DNA of 31,321 nucleotides from a virus (Duplodnaviria; Heunggongvirae; Uroviricota; Caudoviricetes): IMG/VR virus record IMGVR_UViG_2700989487_000010; one strand, 5' to 3'. Shown piece by piece: positions 17,008 to 25,502 of this stretch (position 1 is its first letter; each line of letters starts with the position of its first letter). The notes under the pieces were generated by a model. It saw only the letters and a program-made list of their open reading frames with translations, ran no database searches and was not told where the DNA came from. The position numbers and the translations under genes were made by a program.

Positions 17008-19824
17008 TCAATCTTTATCGTAAAAACTGCCACGCCCGGCACGGGCGCGCCGTTCCATTTCTGCCCTGACCATTTCACCGACCAGTTTCGCAAGTTCGCG
17101 GGGATTCTGCGTAACAACGTTATGCAGATGAACATGAATTTCACCGCCAAATCCGGAGGCAACCGGCTCCCGGTTACGGGAAGTTACAGGAACTGATGCC
17201 ACTGGCGATCGTATGGCCTCCGCCACCGGGCGGGAGCTGGCCGCAACAACAGGGACCAGCGCCGGAGGCAGTGGAGCCGGGACCACGGGTGTGATATTAA
17301 TTGCGGGGGCAGGCTTACTGACCTGCGCAATCTTCCGCTCCTGCCACTCCCCACGAACAGCAAGTGCGCGGGGCAGGTTCTTAAAGACAATATCGCCGGG
17401 GCCAATGCGTTTTTTCGTCTCATCAACCAGCTTACCTGTGTTATCAGCAATTTTGCTGAGTCTGCGTAGCGTCCCGGTATTGCTGTCTGTGAGCGGTTTG
17501 TTGTCTTTGGGTTTATCACCTCCGGTGCCATTGCCATTTTCCACAGGCTTCGGCGGATTGATTTTCGCCAGGTCCCCCTGAAGCAAGGCAACCTTGTCCT
17601 GAAGAATGGCCGCACGCTGTGCGTCTTCGATTTTCTTGCGCGCCCTTTCCGCTTCATCCGGAAGGACGCCAAGTTTTTCAAGTATCCACGCCAGCGTATC
17701 CAGTAGCATTTTTGCAGGTGTCAGAACAAGTTGTAACGCACCGCCAAGAACGTTACCGAATATCTCGCCAGCACTGGTACATTTATCCAGCGTTTCCTTG
17801 CTGGACTCCATCGGTGACAGCAGCGATTTAAACCAGTTAAACACCTGGCTGATCCCGCTTCCGATTGCGTCAAAAACAGGACCAAACCGTTCAAAGGTTT
17901 CGCGCAACGGGGTCAGCCTTTCCATAATCCCGCTGAACACCCCGGCAAAAAATGCCCTGATGGGATCCCAGTATTTCCAGATAAGAACGGCAGCTCCGGC
18001 AAGCGCAGCCACGATAAGACCAACCGGACTGAACAGCGCCCCGATAGCGCCTCCCAGTAAAGAAACGGAACCCGTCACCATTCCCCACAGCGCAGGCAAA
18101 ACCCTGACGACATTCATTGACCGGGTAAGAATGTCAAAACCAAGACGCAGGGTGGCCAGCTTCCCGTAAAGCACCCCAATAACCAGCGACAACGAGCCAA
18201 TCGTTGCTGTCATTGCCAGCAACGCACCGCCTGCTATCAGTAGCTGGCGCGTCAGTACCGGATGGGCCTGCGCCAGCGAGGTGATTTTTTCAAGCACCCG
18301 CGTGAACCACTGCGTGACAAAACGCAGCGGACCGTCAACCAGATCACTGATGCGAATACGAAGACCTTCCCATGCACTGCTGAGTGATTTCAGATCGCCG
18401 TCAAGGTTGTTGGCCATAACCTTTGCCGTGCGTTCAGCCTCACCGCGCGCGCCTTCAAGTTCTTTTCTCAGTTTGGGCAGGGAGCCGTCACCTGCCGCAT
18501 CAACGAGGGCCATAAATGATGTGAAAGCCTCTTCTCCGGCAATGTCCTTAAAGAACGATACCCGGTCAACTTCCCCGTATTTGCGGGTGGCTTTATAAAG
18601 ATCGACCAGCACATCCTCCATCGGGCGCATTTGGCCGTTCGCGTCAGAAACAGCCACACCAAGCTCTTTCAGCGCCTCTGCTGCCGCCTTTGGCGGTGAT
18701 GCCAGACGAGCCAGGCTGGCACGCATTGCCGTCCCAGCATCACTCCCTCTGATACCCATATTCGCCAACACGCCAGCCATCGCTGCGGCCTGCTCCAGCG
18801 ATATTCCCAGCTTACCCGCTACCGGACCTGCGTATTTCATGGTTTCGCCCAGTGCGCGAAGGTCAGTGTTGGTACGGGTAAACGCTGCGGTGAGTGTGTC
18901 ACCGACCCGGTCCATCTGGTCAGCAGAAAGGCCGAACTGCGTCAGGATATTTGAGCCAATATCCGCCGTCTCGCCGAGATCCATACCGCCAGCCGTTGCC
19001 ATGCTCAGCACGCCGGGAAGCGCAGCCTGAATGGCCTGCGGTGTGAAGCCAGCCATTGCAAGAAATGCCTGCCCACTGGCGGCATCACTCGCAGTAAACT
19101 GTGTTTCAGAGCCAAGTTTTAACGCCTGCTCACGCAGCGCCTTAAACTGCGGGCTGTTTTTGTCGATTCGCGTCAGTGCCTGAACGCGGGACATCTCTTT
19201 GCCGAACCCGATCGCAGGCTGCAAAAAACGCCCGGCAGCATAGCCGCCCGCCGCTGCCGCACCAATTGCCAGCGCACCACCTGTTTTCAGTTTTCCCGCT
19301 GTTTCCTGCGCGCGCGAATACCGCTCACGCGCCCGCGTTACACGCGCAAGCGCCTGCCGTTCGCGTTCAAGCTGGTTGTTGTACTGTTCGGTGCGTCTGA
19401 TGGCCTGCTGGATGGTGTTATCGCTGCCTGTCAGGGAAATGCCGTGGCGTTTCAGCTCTCCGCCAAGCTCCCGCATTTTCTGAATTTCCCGTGTGCGCGA
19501 TTCATTCAGGCGTTCAAGCCGGGTGCTTAACTGCTGCATCAGCTTTTGTTGTTTTTCGCTGAGCACTGTACCCGTGCGTTGTAACTGATTAAGGGCGTTA
19601 AGCTGGCGTCGTGCTTTCACGATGCCAGCATCCGCTTTACTGACAGCGTCACGGGCGCGCTCAAATGAACGCGCCTGACGCTCGAGATTTTTGATCGCCC
19701 CCTGCGTTCGCTGGATGGAGTCACCAAACTGCCCCATCAGGCGGCGGGCGTTTTCGGCAGGCCGGGTCAGCCTGTCAACGGCGCTGAAAGCGACCCGGAT
19801 ATCAAGAGTCTTCATTATCTGCAT
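17008..19824 (-). CDS. T: Tail tape measure protein, P2 gpT family
   Basis: 938-aa ORF; Ala/Gly-rich with long helical segments and hydrophobic stretches typical of tape measure proteins; position between E/E' and U. Confidence 0.85.
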   Translation of the reverse strand: MQIMKTLDIRVAFSAVDRLTRPAENARRLMGQFGDSIQRTQGAIKNLERQARSFERARDAVSKADAGIVKARRQLNALNQLQRTGTVLSEKQQKLMQQLSTRLERLNESRTREIQKMRELGGELKRHGISLTGSDNTIQQAIRRTEQYNNQLERERQALARVTRARERYSRAQETAGKLKTGGALAIGAAAAGGYAAGRFLQPAIGFGKEMSRVQALTRIDKNSPQFKALREQALKLGSETQFTASDAASGQAFLAMAGFTPQAIQAALPGVLSMATAGGMDLGETADIGSNILTQFGLSADQMDRVGDTLTAAFTRTNTDLRALGETMKYAGPVAGKLGISLEQAAAMAGVLANMGIRGSDAGTAMRASLARLASPPKAAAEALKELGVAVSDANGQMRPMEDVLVDLYKATRKYGEVDRVSFFKDIAGEEAFTSFMALVDAAGDGSLPKLRKELEGARGEAERTAKVMANNLDGDLKSLSSAWEGLRIRISDLVDGPLRFVTQWFTRVLEKITSLAQAHPVLTRQLLIAGGALLAMTATIGSLSLVIGVLYGKLATLRLGFDILTRSMNVVRVLPALWGMVTGSVSLLGGAIGALFSPVGLIVAALAGAAVLIWKYWDPIRAFFAGVFSGIMERLTPLRETFERFGPVFDAIGSGISQVFNWFKSLLSPMESSKETLDKCTSAGEIFGNVLGGALQLVLTPAKMLLDTLAWILEKLGVLPDEAERARKKIEDAQRAAILQDKVALLQGDLAKINPPKPVENGNGTGGDKPKDNKPLTDSNTGTLRRLSKIADNTGKLVDETKKRIGPGDIVFKNLPRALAVRGEWQERKIAQVSKPAPAINITPVVPAPLPPALVPVVAASSRPVAEAIRSPVASVPVTSRNREPVASGFGGEIHVHLHNVVTQNPRELAKLVGEMVRAEMERRARAGRGSFYDKD

Positions 19825-20038
19825 TCCCGCTGCGAAGTGCCGCCCGCTCGCGCCAGCTAACCACTTCGCCGGGCGTCATCATGAAGATTTCGGCGGGCGA
19901 CCAGTTAAAAATGGCGGCAATATCCGCCACCAGATCTTCGATGTGCTCAAAGCACACCAAGGTGATTACGCTGCCGTCTCCTGCACGCTCTTCGCGCCAG
20001 AGTCTGGCTCGCTCATAAAATTTACAGCCACTGCGCAC
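19802..20038 (-). CDS. E' extension frame of the tail assembly chaperone (expressed as an E+E' fusion by -1 programmed frameshift)
   Basis: Frame is -1 relative to E and overlaps its 3' end; slippery heptamer A_AAT_TTT on the minus strand at 20017-20023 fits the X_XXY_YYZ rule in the E frame. Confidence 0.6.
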   Translation of the reverse strand: MRSGCKFYERARLWREERAGDGSVITLVCFEHIEDLVADIAAIFNWSPAEIFMMTPGEVVSWRERAALRSGNADNEDS

Positions 20039-20340
20039 AACTGAATAAAATCGCGTGACGACATTTTTTTAATCATCACTTCATCCAGTCGTGGCGAGGT
20101 CACGCGAGGCAACAGCGTAAACATGGTATCCGCTTTCAGATTCAGCACATCAGACAGCGACAGACCACGCAGGGATCCAGCCTGCTCAATAGCCCCGGTG
20201 ATCTCCACATACGTGATTTTTTCGCCACCACGCTCAATTGGTCGGGTCAGTTTTACGCCACGTTCGACAGCCATATCCTCACCTGCCGTCACATCATCCG
20301 CCACGGTGTTATTCCGGGTTTCAGTATCGATGTCTTTCAT
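19966..20340 (-). CDS. E: Tail assembly chaperone, P2 gpE family
   Basis: 124-aa ORF with AAGGAG RBS upstream of the start at 20340; lies between the tail tube and tape measure genes. Confidence 0.75.
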   Translation of the reverse strand: MKDIDTETRNNTVADDVTAGEDMAVERGVKLTRPIERGGEKITYVEITGAIEQAGSLRGLSLSDVLNLKADTMFTLLPRVTSPRLDEVMIKKMSSRDFIQLCAVAVNFMSEPDSGAKSVQETAA

Positions 20341-20395
20341 CAGTTGTCTCCTTTTCAGTCAGAGACGACGCACTGCGCCGCCTGCATATTACTTA

Positions 20396-20908
20396 TCAGC
20401 CAAGCCCAAGCGCGGAACGGATACGGTCAGGCACAATGTCCTTGCCGTCCTTCCGGTAGATGTGGTTCAACAGGTCGATTTCCCACAGCGGGCGATCGTT
20501 AACGCTCAGCTTGTAGTAGGTGTTTTTGACAGCGTAAGTGTGTGATGTGGCTTCGCCCTGTTTGGCTTCCCCCATATCAATTTCCGTCACACGCCCGCGC
20601 ATCTCGATTTCATACAGATCGCTTTCTGCATCGGTGTAGTATTCACCCGCAAAACGCAGCAGCGTGCCGTCAATCGTGCCGCCATATTTAAGGAACAGCG
20701 CACGAACAGCTCCCCCCATGACAAAACTCGCATCAAGCGCGGAGTCGTCCAGACCGAGATCAATACTTACCGCCCCCATCATGCCACCACCACGATAGCT
20801 GTCGGTTTTGCGCGTCAGTTTGGGCGGCGTGACGGATGTCACTTTACCCACTTCGTTTTCACCATCCACAAACAACGTAAAAAAGCGAAGATGTTTTGGT
20901 ACAGCCAT
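20396..20908 (-). CDS. FII: Tail tube protein, P2 gpFII family
   Basis: 170-aa ORF beginning MAVPKHLRFFTLFVDGENEVGKVTSVTPPKL..., typical of FII/tube proteins; immediately downstream of the sheath gene. Confidence 0.9.
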   Translation of the reverse strand: MAVPKHLRFFTLFVDGENEVGKVTSVTPPKLTRKTDSYRGGGMMGAVSIDLGLDDSALDASFVMGGAVRALFLKYGGTIDGTLLRFAGEYYTDAESDLYEIEMRGRVTEIDMGEAKQGEATSHTYAVKNTYYKLSVNDRPLWEIDLLNHIYRKDGKDIVPDRIRSALGLG

Positions 20909-22092
20909 CAGGCACCTCCCAGCACCGCAAATGCGGGACCAAAGAATTCATCAGTAAACGTCTGGTAAAGCTCCATGTCTTCCAGCGGGGGAACAGGCGT
21001 ATATTTGTAGCGAATACGCACACGTCCCTGACGTAAATTCGTGGTGCCGTTATCCACCACGTCATACCAGCACTCCGCACCAATCAGTTTCCCGGCAGTA
21101 ACCAGCGAATCCAGTTTTGCCCTGATGGCGCTGATAACATCCTTCACGTTCGCAGGTGTCAGTGGACTGTCGATGGTTTCAAACTGCGCTTCCGCAATTG
21201 AATCAGCCAGCACCTGTGCGGTTCGGGTATACACCTCAAAGATGTAGGCGTTCGTTTCCGGTGTGCGGTTGCCCCAGAAGCGGAACCCGTTGCGACGAAT
21301 AATGGTCGTGATTTCTTTGTTGTTGAGGCTGTTGGCATCGCTGTCTTCGGCCTGCAACGACCAGAACACATGCCTGGACATTCCCAGCACATTTTTAACC
21401 GGAACGTTGGACAGCGATTTGTGCCAGCCCTGCTCATGGTCAATGTACGCACGAAGGCCGCACGCATAAGCAGGCGCGGGGAACGTTTCGTTTTTGCCAC
21501 TTTTCGGGTTGTAGGCGATGAAGTCCGGCCATAAGAGCATCACCTCACGTTCGTTGAATTTCTGGCGGTAGGTAATCGCCTCAGCCATCGTGTTACAGCC
21601 GTGACATGAGGCATACACAAACGCGCGCAGTTTACCTGCAATCACGCACAGGGATTTTGTTACAGCCTCCGTGTCCAGCTCCGGCGCGGCCAGAATACGC
21701 GGACGGTATCCGATGCTTTCATCCTGCTCTGCAACAAGCAGCGCATACATCCCCGTATAGCTGCCGTCATCCTCAGAACCACCGATAACCAGTTGATCCT
21801 GCGTCTTTCCGTCTTCTTCTTTGTGTTCAGCCACGCGAACGACGATCACCTTTGTGCTCACCTGGTCTGCGATGGCCTTAAGCGCACGATAAAGCGTCCC
21901 CGTTGTCCCGCATTTTCCCAGCACGTCATTGACGCGGGTCAGCAGTGTGGGCTTATTCAGCGGGAACAGCTTCGCGTCCGCATCATCCGCCGTTGCCACG
22001 ATACCGATAACGCTGGAATCAACATCGTTAATCGCTGTTACCAGGTCGGTATTTTCCGTAACACGGGCACCATGAAAACGAGTTTCACTCAT
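20908..22092 (-). CDS. FI: Tail sheath protein, P2 gpFI family
   Basis: 394-aa ORF; contains motifs recalled from P2 FI (GWHKSLSNV, IRRNGFRFWGNRT, YTPVPPLE); coupled to FII. Confidence 0.9.
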   Translation of the reverse strand: MSETRFHGARVTENTDLVTAINDVDSSVIGIVATADDADAKLFPLNKPTLLTRVNDVLGKCGTTGTLYRALKAIADQVSTKVIVVRVAEHKEEDGKTQDQLVIGGSEDDGSYTGMYALLVAEQDESIGYRPRILAAPELDTEAVTKSLCVIAGKLRAFVYASCHGCNTMAEAITYRQKFNEREVMLLWPDFIAYNPKSGKNETFPAPAYACGLRAYIDHEQGWHKSLSNVPVKNVLGMSRHVFWSLQAEDSDANSLNNKEITTIIRRNGFRFWGNRTPETNAYIFEVYTRTAQVLADSIAEAQFETIDSPLTPANVKDVISAIRAKLDSLVTAGKLIGAECWYDVVDNGTTNLRQGRVRIRYKYTPVPPLEDMELYQTFTDEFFGPAFAVLGGA

Positions 22093-22249
22093 AGCTTCAG
22101 CCCCTTGTATCCGTTAAATGATTCGGCAACAATCATCACCCACCACGCGCGTAATCTCACCCCTGCGCCGTTCTCCCGACCCGGCGACAACAAAAAGCAG
22201 TAACCCCCTCCGCACGCACATGCGACCATGCCGCACAGGGAGGGAACAG

Positions 22250-23359
22250 ATGACCGACACCACCATGCAATTGCTCAGTCAGAGCACAGACCCCGTGAAA
22301 ATGCCGGATTTTGATATTCTCGCGGAGGGTAAAACGCTGTCAGGCGTGGCAGAGCGCCTGATGAGCCTGTCACTGACCGACAACCGGGGATTTGAGGCGG
22401 ACCAGCTCACCATCACGCTGGATGATGCGGATGGTCAGTTGCAGCTACCGCCACGGGGCGCGCGCCTGACGGTTCTCATTGGCTGGAAAGGAGAACCGCT
22501 GACAGAAAAAGGCACTTACATTGTTGATGAAATCGCTCACGAAGGACCGCCGGACAGGCTGACTGTTTCAGCCAGAAGCGCAGATTTTCGGGATGAATTT
22601 AACGTTAAACGTGAGGTGTCCTGGCATGATGTGACCGTTGAGCGTGTGGTATCCGCCATCGCTCATCGGTATGGTCTGAAACCGCAAATCAGCGAAATGC
22701 TGATGGATATCGAAATCGACCACGCCGACCAGACCGAAGAAAGCGACATGTCCTTCCTTACGCGCATGGCGGAAATGCTGGGCGCAATCACCACGGTAAA
22801 AAGCGGTAATCTGTTATTCATCATGCCCGGCGGTGGCGTGAACGCACAGGGCCAGCCGTTGCCATCGTTTGCCATCACACGCAGCAGCGGCGATCGCCAT
22901 CAGTTCCGCATTGCTGACCGCGAGGCGTATACAGGGGTACGCGCTTACTGGCTTGATCTTAATTACGGGAAAAAGAAAAAAGTCAGCGTGAAACGCCGCA
23001 AACCGCCAAAACCCAAAAAGGAGAAAAGCAGCAGCCGTGAAGGTGATTATATGGAAGGCGCAGAAGGCAATGTGTTTGTGTTACGCAAGACTTATCAGAA
23101 CGAGCAGGCAGCAAGACGCGCAGCGGCGGCAAAGTGGCAGCAGCTACAACGCGGAGCCGCATCATTCTCCATCACACTGGCACGCGGACGCGCAGAACTC
23201 TACCCCGAAATGCATGGCACGGTAACAGGATTTAAAAGCGAGATTGATAATCAGGACTGGATTATTGCGAAAGCCGAGCACACCATTGATAACAGTGGCT
23301 TTACCACGCAGCTTGAGCTTGAAGCAAAAATTCCGGAATGGATCGTAGAAACAGAATGA
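22250..23359 (+). CDS. D: Tail protein D (late control gene D), P2 gpD family
   Basis: ATG at 22250 preceded by a GGGAGGG RBS; translation (...MPDFDILAEGKTLSGVAERLMSLSLTDNRGFEADQL...) closely matches recalled P2 gpD, including the central Lys-rich KRRKPPKPKKEK stretch. Confidence 0.85.
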   Translation: MTDTTMQLLSQSTDPVKMPDFDILAEGKTLSGVAERLMSLSLTDNRGFEADQLTITLDDADGQLQLPPRGARLTVLIGWKGEPLTEKGTYIVDEIAHEGPPDRLTVSARSADFRDEFNVKREVSWHDVTVERVVSAIAHRYGLKPQISEMLMDIEIDHADQTEESDMSFLTRMAEMLGAITTVKSGNLLFIMPGGGVNAQGQPLPSFAITRSSGDRHQFRIADREAYTGVRAYWLDLNYGKKKKVSVKRRKPPKPKKEKSSSREGDYMEGAEGNVFVLRKTYQNEQAARRAAAAKWQQLQRGAASFSITLARGRAELYPEMHGTVTGFKSEIDNQDWIIAKAEHTIDNSGFTTQLELEAKIPEWIVETE

Positions 23360-23405
23360 GTAAATTAGATGCATTAGCTCAGTCATGAGTTTACTGATTA
23401 CGTAC

Positions 23406-23440
23406 GGCACAGAAGCAGACCTGATAGTTTGCTCTGTGCC
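23406..23440. terminator. Hairpin between convergent D and the DUF2971-like gene
   Basis: ggcacaga...tctgtgcc inverted repeat in the 122-bp gap between the two stop codons. Confidence 0.4.
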
Positions 23441-23481
23441 AGAAACGGACATTGCCGACATCATAATCGACACAAATTACA

Positions 23482-24267
23482 TCAATCACCTATGTGATTA
23501 CGTTCTATATATCTTACAATCTTCTCTAAAGATTCAAATCCCCACCTCTGCATAGCATGTGGGGATTCTGTATATTCATAATCTTCTATGGTGAGATCCC
23601 ATGTACTTTTCTTGAATTCACACTGATATAATCGCACAGTCTTGTTTAAAACCAACCCTTCTAACACACTGCTTTTCTTAATGATTTTGTCAATGTCTTT
23701 ATTGTTAATCCCAATGTAGATAGCTGTTACCGAACTTAAATCAGTTATCTTGTCAATTAAAATATTCTCTTGCTTTTGTAATAGCCCCACTCGCTTTATT
23801 ATTCTAACTTCTTCTTCATATTTCCAATGCAATGATTTAGTAAGCAATAATTTACTAATTACATCAGCGCTATAAATGTTTTCTTGACTGATTTTTAGTT
23901 TGCTTTTTATTCGACTCTCTAAATAATTAATGTCACCTTTCTGTGCCGTAATTAGGCATTTTTCTTCATCATCAAACCCTGCCCTTTCTGTGTCAATTGC
24001 TACAACAAACCCCTGATGTTTATCAGCATAATGTGACCACATCAGTACATTGAGAGGATTTTTAGAAAGGCATAAGCAGGCAACATTTTGATTGATCTCC
24101 CCCCTCATAGCTAATGGTTCAAGCGATTCACCATCTAATGAAAGTTCATAGCCATAGCTTTCAAAAGGATCATTAAACTCACTATATGGAGTGAATTTTA
24201 TAGAGATGTAACCATCTTTAAAAAATCGTTCCAATGATGTCTTATCTATATATTTATACAGAATCAT
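23482..24267 (-). CDS. DUF2971-family protein of unknown function (AT-rich accessory gene); candidate defence or superinfection-exclusion factor
   Basis: Minus-strand ORF, open from TTG 24318, first ATG at 24267 (MILYKY...). Carries DUF2971-type motifs as recalled: LYKY near the N-terminus, FNDPFES, MWSHYADKHQGF, WKYEEEVR. Codon usage is visibly AT-rich (Ile/Lys/Asn-rich) against the GC-rich phage background. Confidence 0.7.
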   Translation of the reverse strand: MILYKYIDKTSLERFFKDGYISIKFTPYSEFNDPFESYGYELSLDGESLEPLAMRGEINQNVACLCLSKNPLNVLMWSHYADKHQGFVVAIDTERAGFDDEEKCLITAQKGDINYLESRIKSKLKISQENIYSADVISKLLLTKSLHWKYEEEVRIIKRVGLLQKQENILIDKITDLSSVTAIYIGINNKDIDKIIKKSSVLEGLVLNKTVRLYQCEFKKSTWDLTIEDYEYTESPHAMQRWGFESLEKIVRYIERNHIGD

Positions 24268-24462
24268 AATATATTCAGAATTAATTATAGGTGTTATCAG
24301 TATACAGTACTTCAACAAGTAGATGTAAAGATCCCATTTAAACGTTCCTCCTCAATGCGCGGATTAAACAAATTAAAGCATCTTACTCAAAATGGACCAT
24401 CAGTTGGATTTAGAGCCAACACAACCTAGAATAGCGGCAGCACCACGTTAAGGGAGGTCGCT

Positions 24463-24723
24463 ATGTTCCGTTGTCCGCTTTGTGGCGCATCTGCCCGTAT
24501 CCGCACCAGTCGTCCGGAAAATGATTCAAACACCGTGCGACAAAAGTATTACCAGTGCAACAACCTGGAATGCGGCGTATGCTTCTCAACACTGGAAGCT
24601 TTCCATAAATTCACATCGAAACACGCCTCCGGCGTTCACTCTTCAGAAGGTATCCCGTGGCATGAGCTGCCAGCTTCACACAGGGGAAACAATCAGATGA
24701 GTTTGCCTTTACCTCAGAATTAA
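24463..24723 (+). CDS. ogr: Late gene transcriptional activator, Ogr/Delta zinc-finger family
   Basis: Translation begins MFRCPLCGASARIRTSRPENDS...YYQCNNLECG..., matching the P2 Ogr pattern (MFHCPLCQHAAHARTSR...YHQCQNVNCS) with four Cys; AAGGGAGG RBS upstream. Confidence 0.85.
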   Translation: MFRCPLCGASARIRTSRPENDSNTVRQKYYQCNNLECGVCFSTLEAFHKFTSKHASGVHSSEGIPWHELPASHRGNNQMSLPLPQN

Positions 24724-24811
24724 CAGGCAGAATTGCCGGAGTAACAAAAAAGCGATAGATTACGCGCGGGTGCCTTTCGGCTGATGGTCGGAGGGAATAC
24801 CCGAAGGCCAG

Positions 24812-25048
24812 ATGTGGAAAGGCCCCGGAAAACATTTCTGTTTAACCGAGGCCCTAACACTTCTTACCTTCGCAAGTAGAAGGTTAGCGCCTCTCCTCTC
24901 AGGAGACAAGCGTTATGACGCAAATTCCGTTAAAAACCCTGTTACTTTGCATAACTGCGGTAGCGATAATCTGGATCCTCCACACATCACCGTGCGAGTT
25001 ACGATTCAGGTTTGCTGGCACGGAAATTGCGGCATTCTTACTATGTAA
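24812..25048 (+). CDS. mok-like overlapping reading frame (possible translational coupling frame for the hok-like toxin)
   Basis: 78-codon frame that starts upstream of, and overlaps almost all of, the hok-like ORF in a different frame, as mok does in hok/sok loci. Composition alone does not support a protein. Confidence 0.3.
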   Translation: MWKGPGKHFCLTEALTLLTFASRRLAPLLSGDKRYDANSVKNPVTLHNCGSDNLDPPHITVRVTIQVCWHGNCGILTM

Positions 25049-25055
25049 TAAGTAA
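24915..25055 (+). CDS. Hok/Gef-family type I toxin (small membrane peptide)
   Basis: 46-codon ORF, below the 60-aa cut-off of the supplied ORF track: MTQIPLKTLLLCITAVAIIWILHTSPCELRFRFAGTEIAAFLLCNK. Has an N-terminal transmembrane helix, then the family pattern (S)xCE(L)(R)(F)(R)...TE(I)AAF(L), compare HokB ...LYELRFRDGDKEVAALMA and HokA ...SLCELHIK...YELAAFLAC. Confidence 0.7.
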   Translation: MTQIPLKTLLLCITAVAIIWILHTSPCELRFRFAGTEIAAFLLCNK

Positions 25056-25143
25056 GATAACCGCGACGGGGGAGTAATCCCCCGTCAATCGGTTGCTAAG
25101 GTTGGTCGAAACGGCACCCTATCTCACAGACATGAACAACAAA

Positions 25144-25175
25144 CCCGCAGCGTAAAAACTGCGGGTTTTCTTTTT
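25144..25175 (+). terminator. Rho-independent terminator downstream of the hok-like gene
   Basis: Stem cccgcag / ctgcggg with 8-nt loop followed by ttttcttttt. Confidence 0.6.
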
Positions 25176-25219
25176 GGTGCCCTCACAAATGAGGGCACCA
25201 TACATAAGCAATAGGCATA

Positions 25220-25262
25220 ACAGATCGATGCAATAAATACGATCGATAAAAACGATCGATTT
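25220..25262. promoter_or_regulatory. Cluster of three GATC sites (each as gatcgat) upstream of the com-like/methyltransferase operon
   Basis: GATC at 25223, 25241 and 25254 within about 35 bp, roughly 45-80 bp upstream of the com-like start; by analogy to the Dam/OxyR-controlled region upstream of the Mu mom operon. Confidence 0.4.
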
Positions 25263-25304
25263 GTTATCATATCGGCAGCAGTAACCACACAAGAGGTGCC
25301 GCAA

Positions 25305-25502
25305 ATGACGCAAAATGTACGATGCAAAAATTGCAACAAACTACTTGCCCGCGCCTCATTTCACTACATTGAAATAAAATGTCCGCGCTGCAAAACACTT
25401 AACCAGATAACGAGAGCCATCGAGCACCCCACACACATGAGGAGTTATGACCGTGGGGATCGCAATCCAGCACCAACCAGCACATACACCGGAACACACT
25501 AA
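25305..25502 (+). CDS. Com-like zinc-finger protein (Mu Com family translational activator)
   Basis: ATG at 25305 with AAGAGG RBS; translation MTQNVRCKNCNKLLARASFHYIEIKCPRCKTL... parallels Mu Com (MKSIRCKNCNKLLFKADSFDHIEIRCPRCKRH...) including both CxxC pairs; 3' end overlaps the start of the downstream gene. Confidence 0.75.
   Translation: MTQNVRCKNCNKLLARASFHYIEIKCPRCKTLNQITRAIEHPTHMRSYDRGDRNPAPTSTYTGTH

Noticed and set aside
17184-18169. Several 120-190-aa ORFs on both strands within the tape measure gene
   Set aside because: All are nested in or antisense to the 938-aa tape measure ORF and have Arg/Ser/Pro-rich translations characteristic of shadow frames.
24482-24700. 72-aa plus-strand ORF overlapping ogr
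   Set aside because: Alternate frame of the recognisable ogr gene; no independent support.
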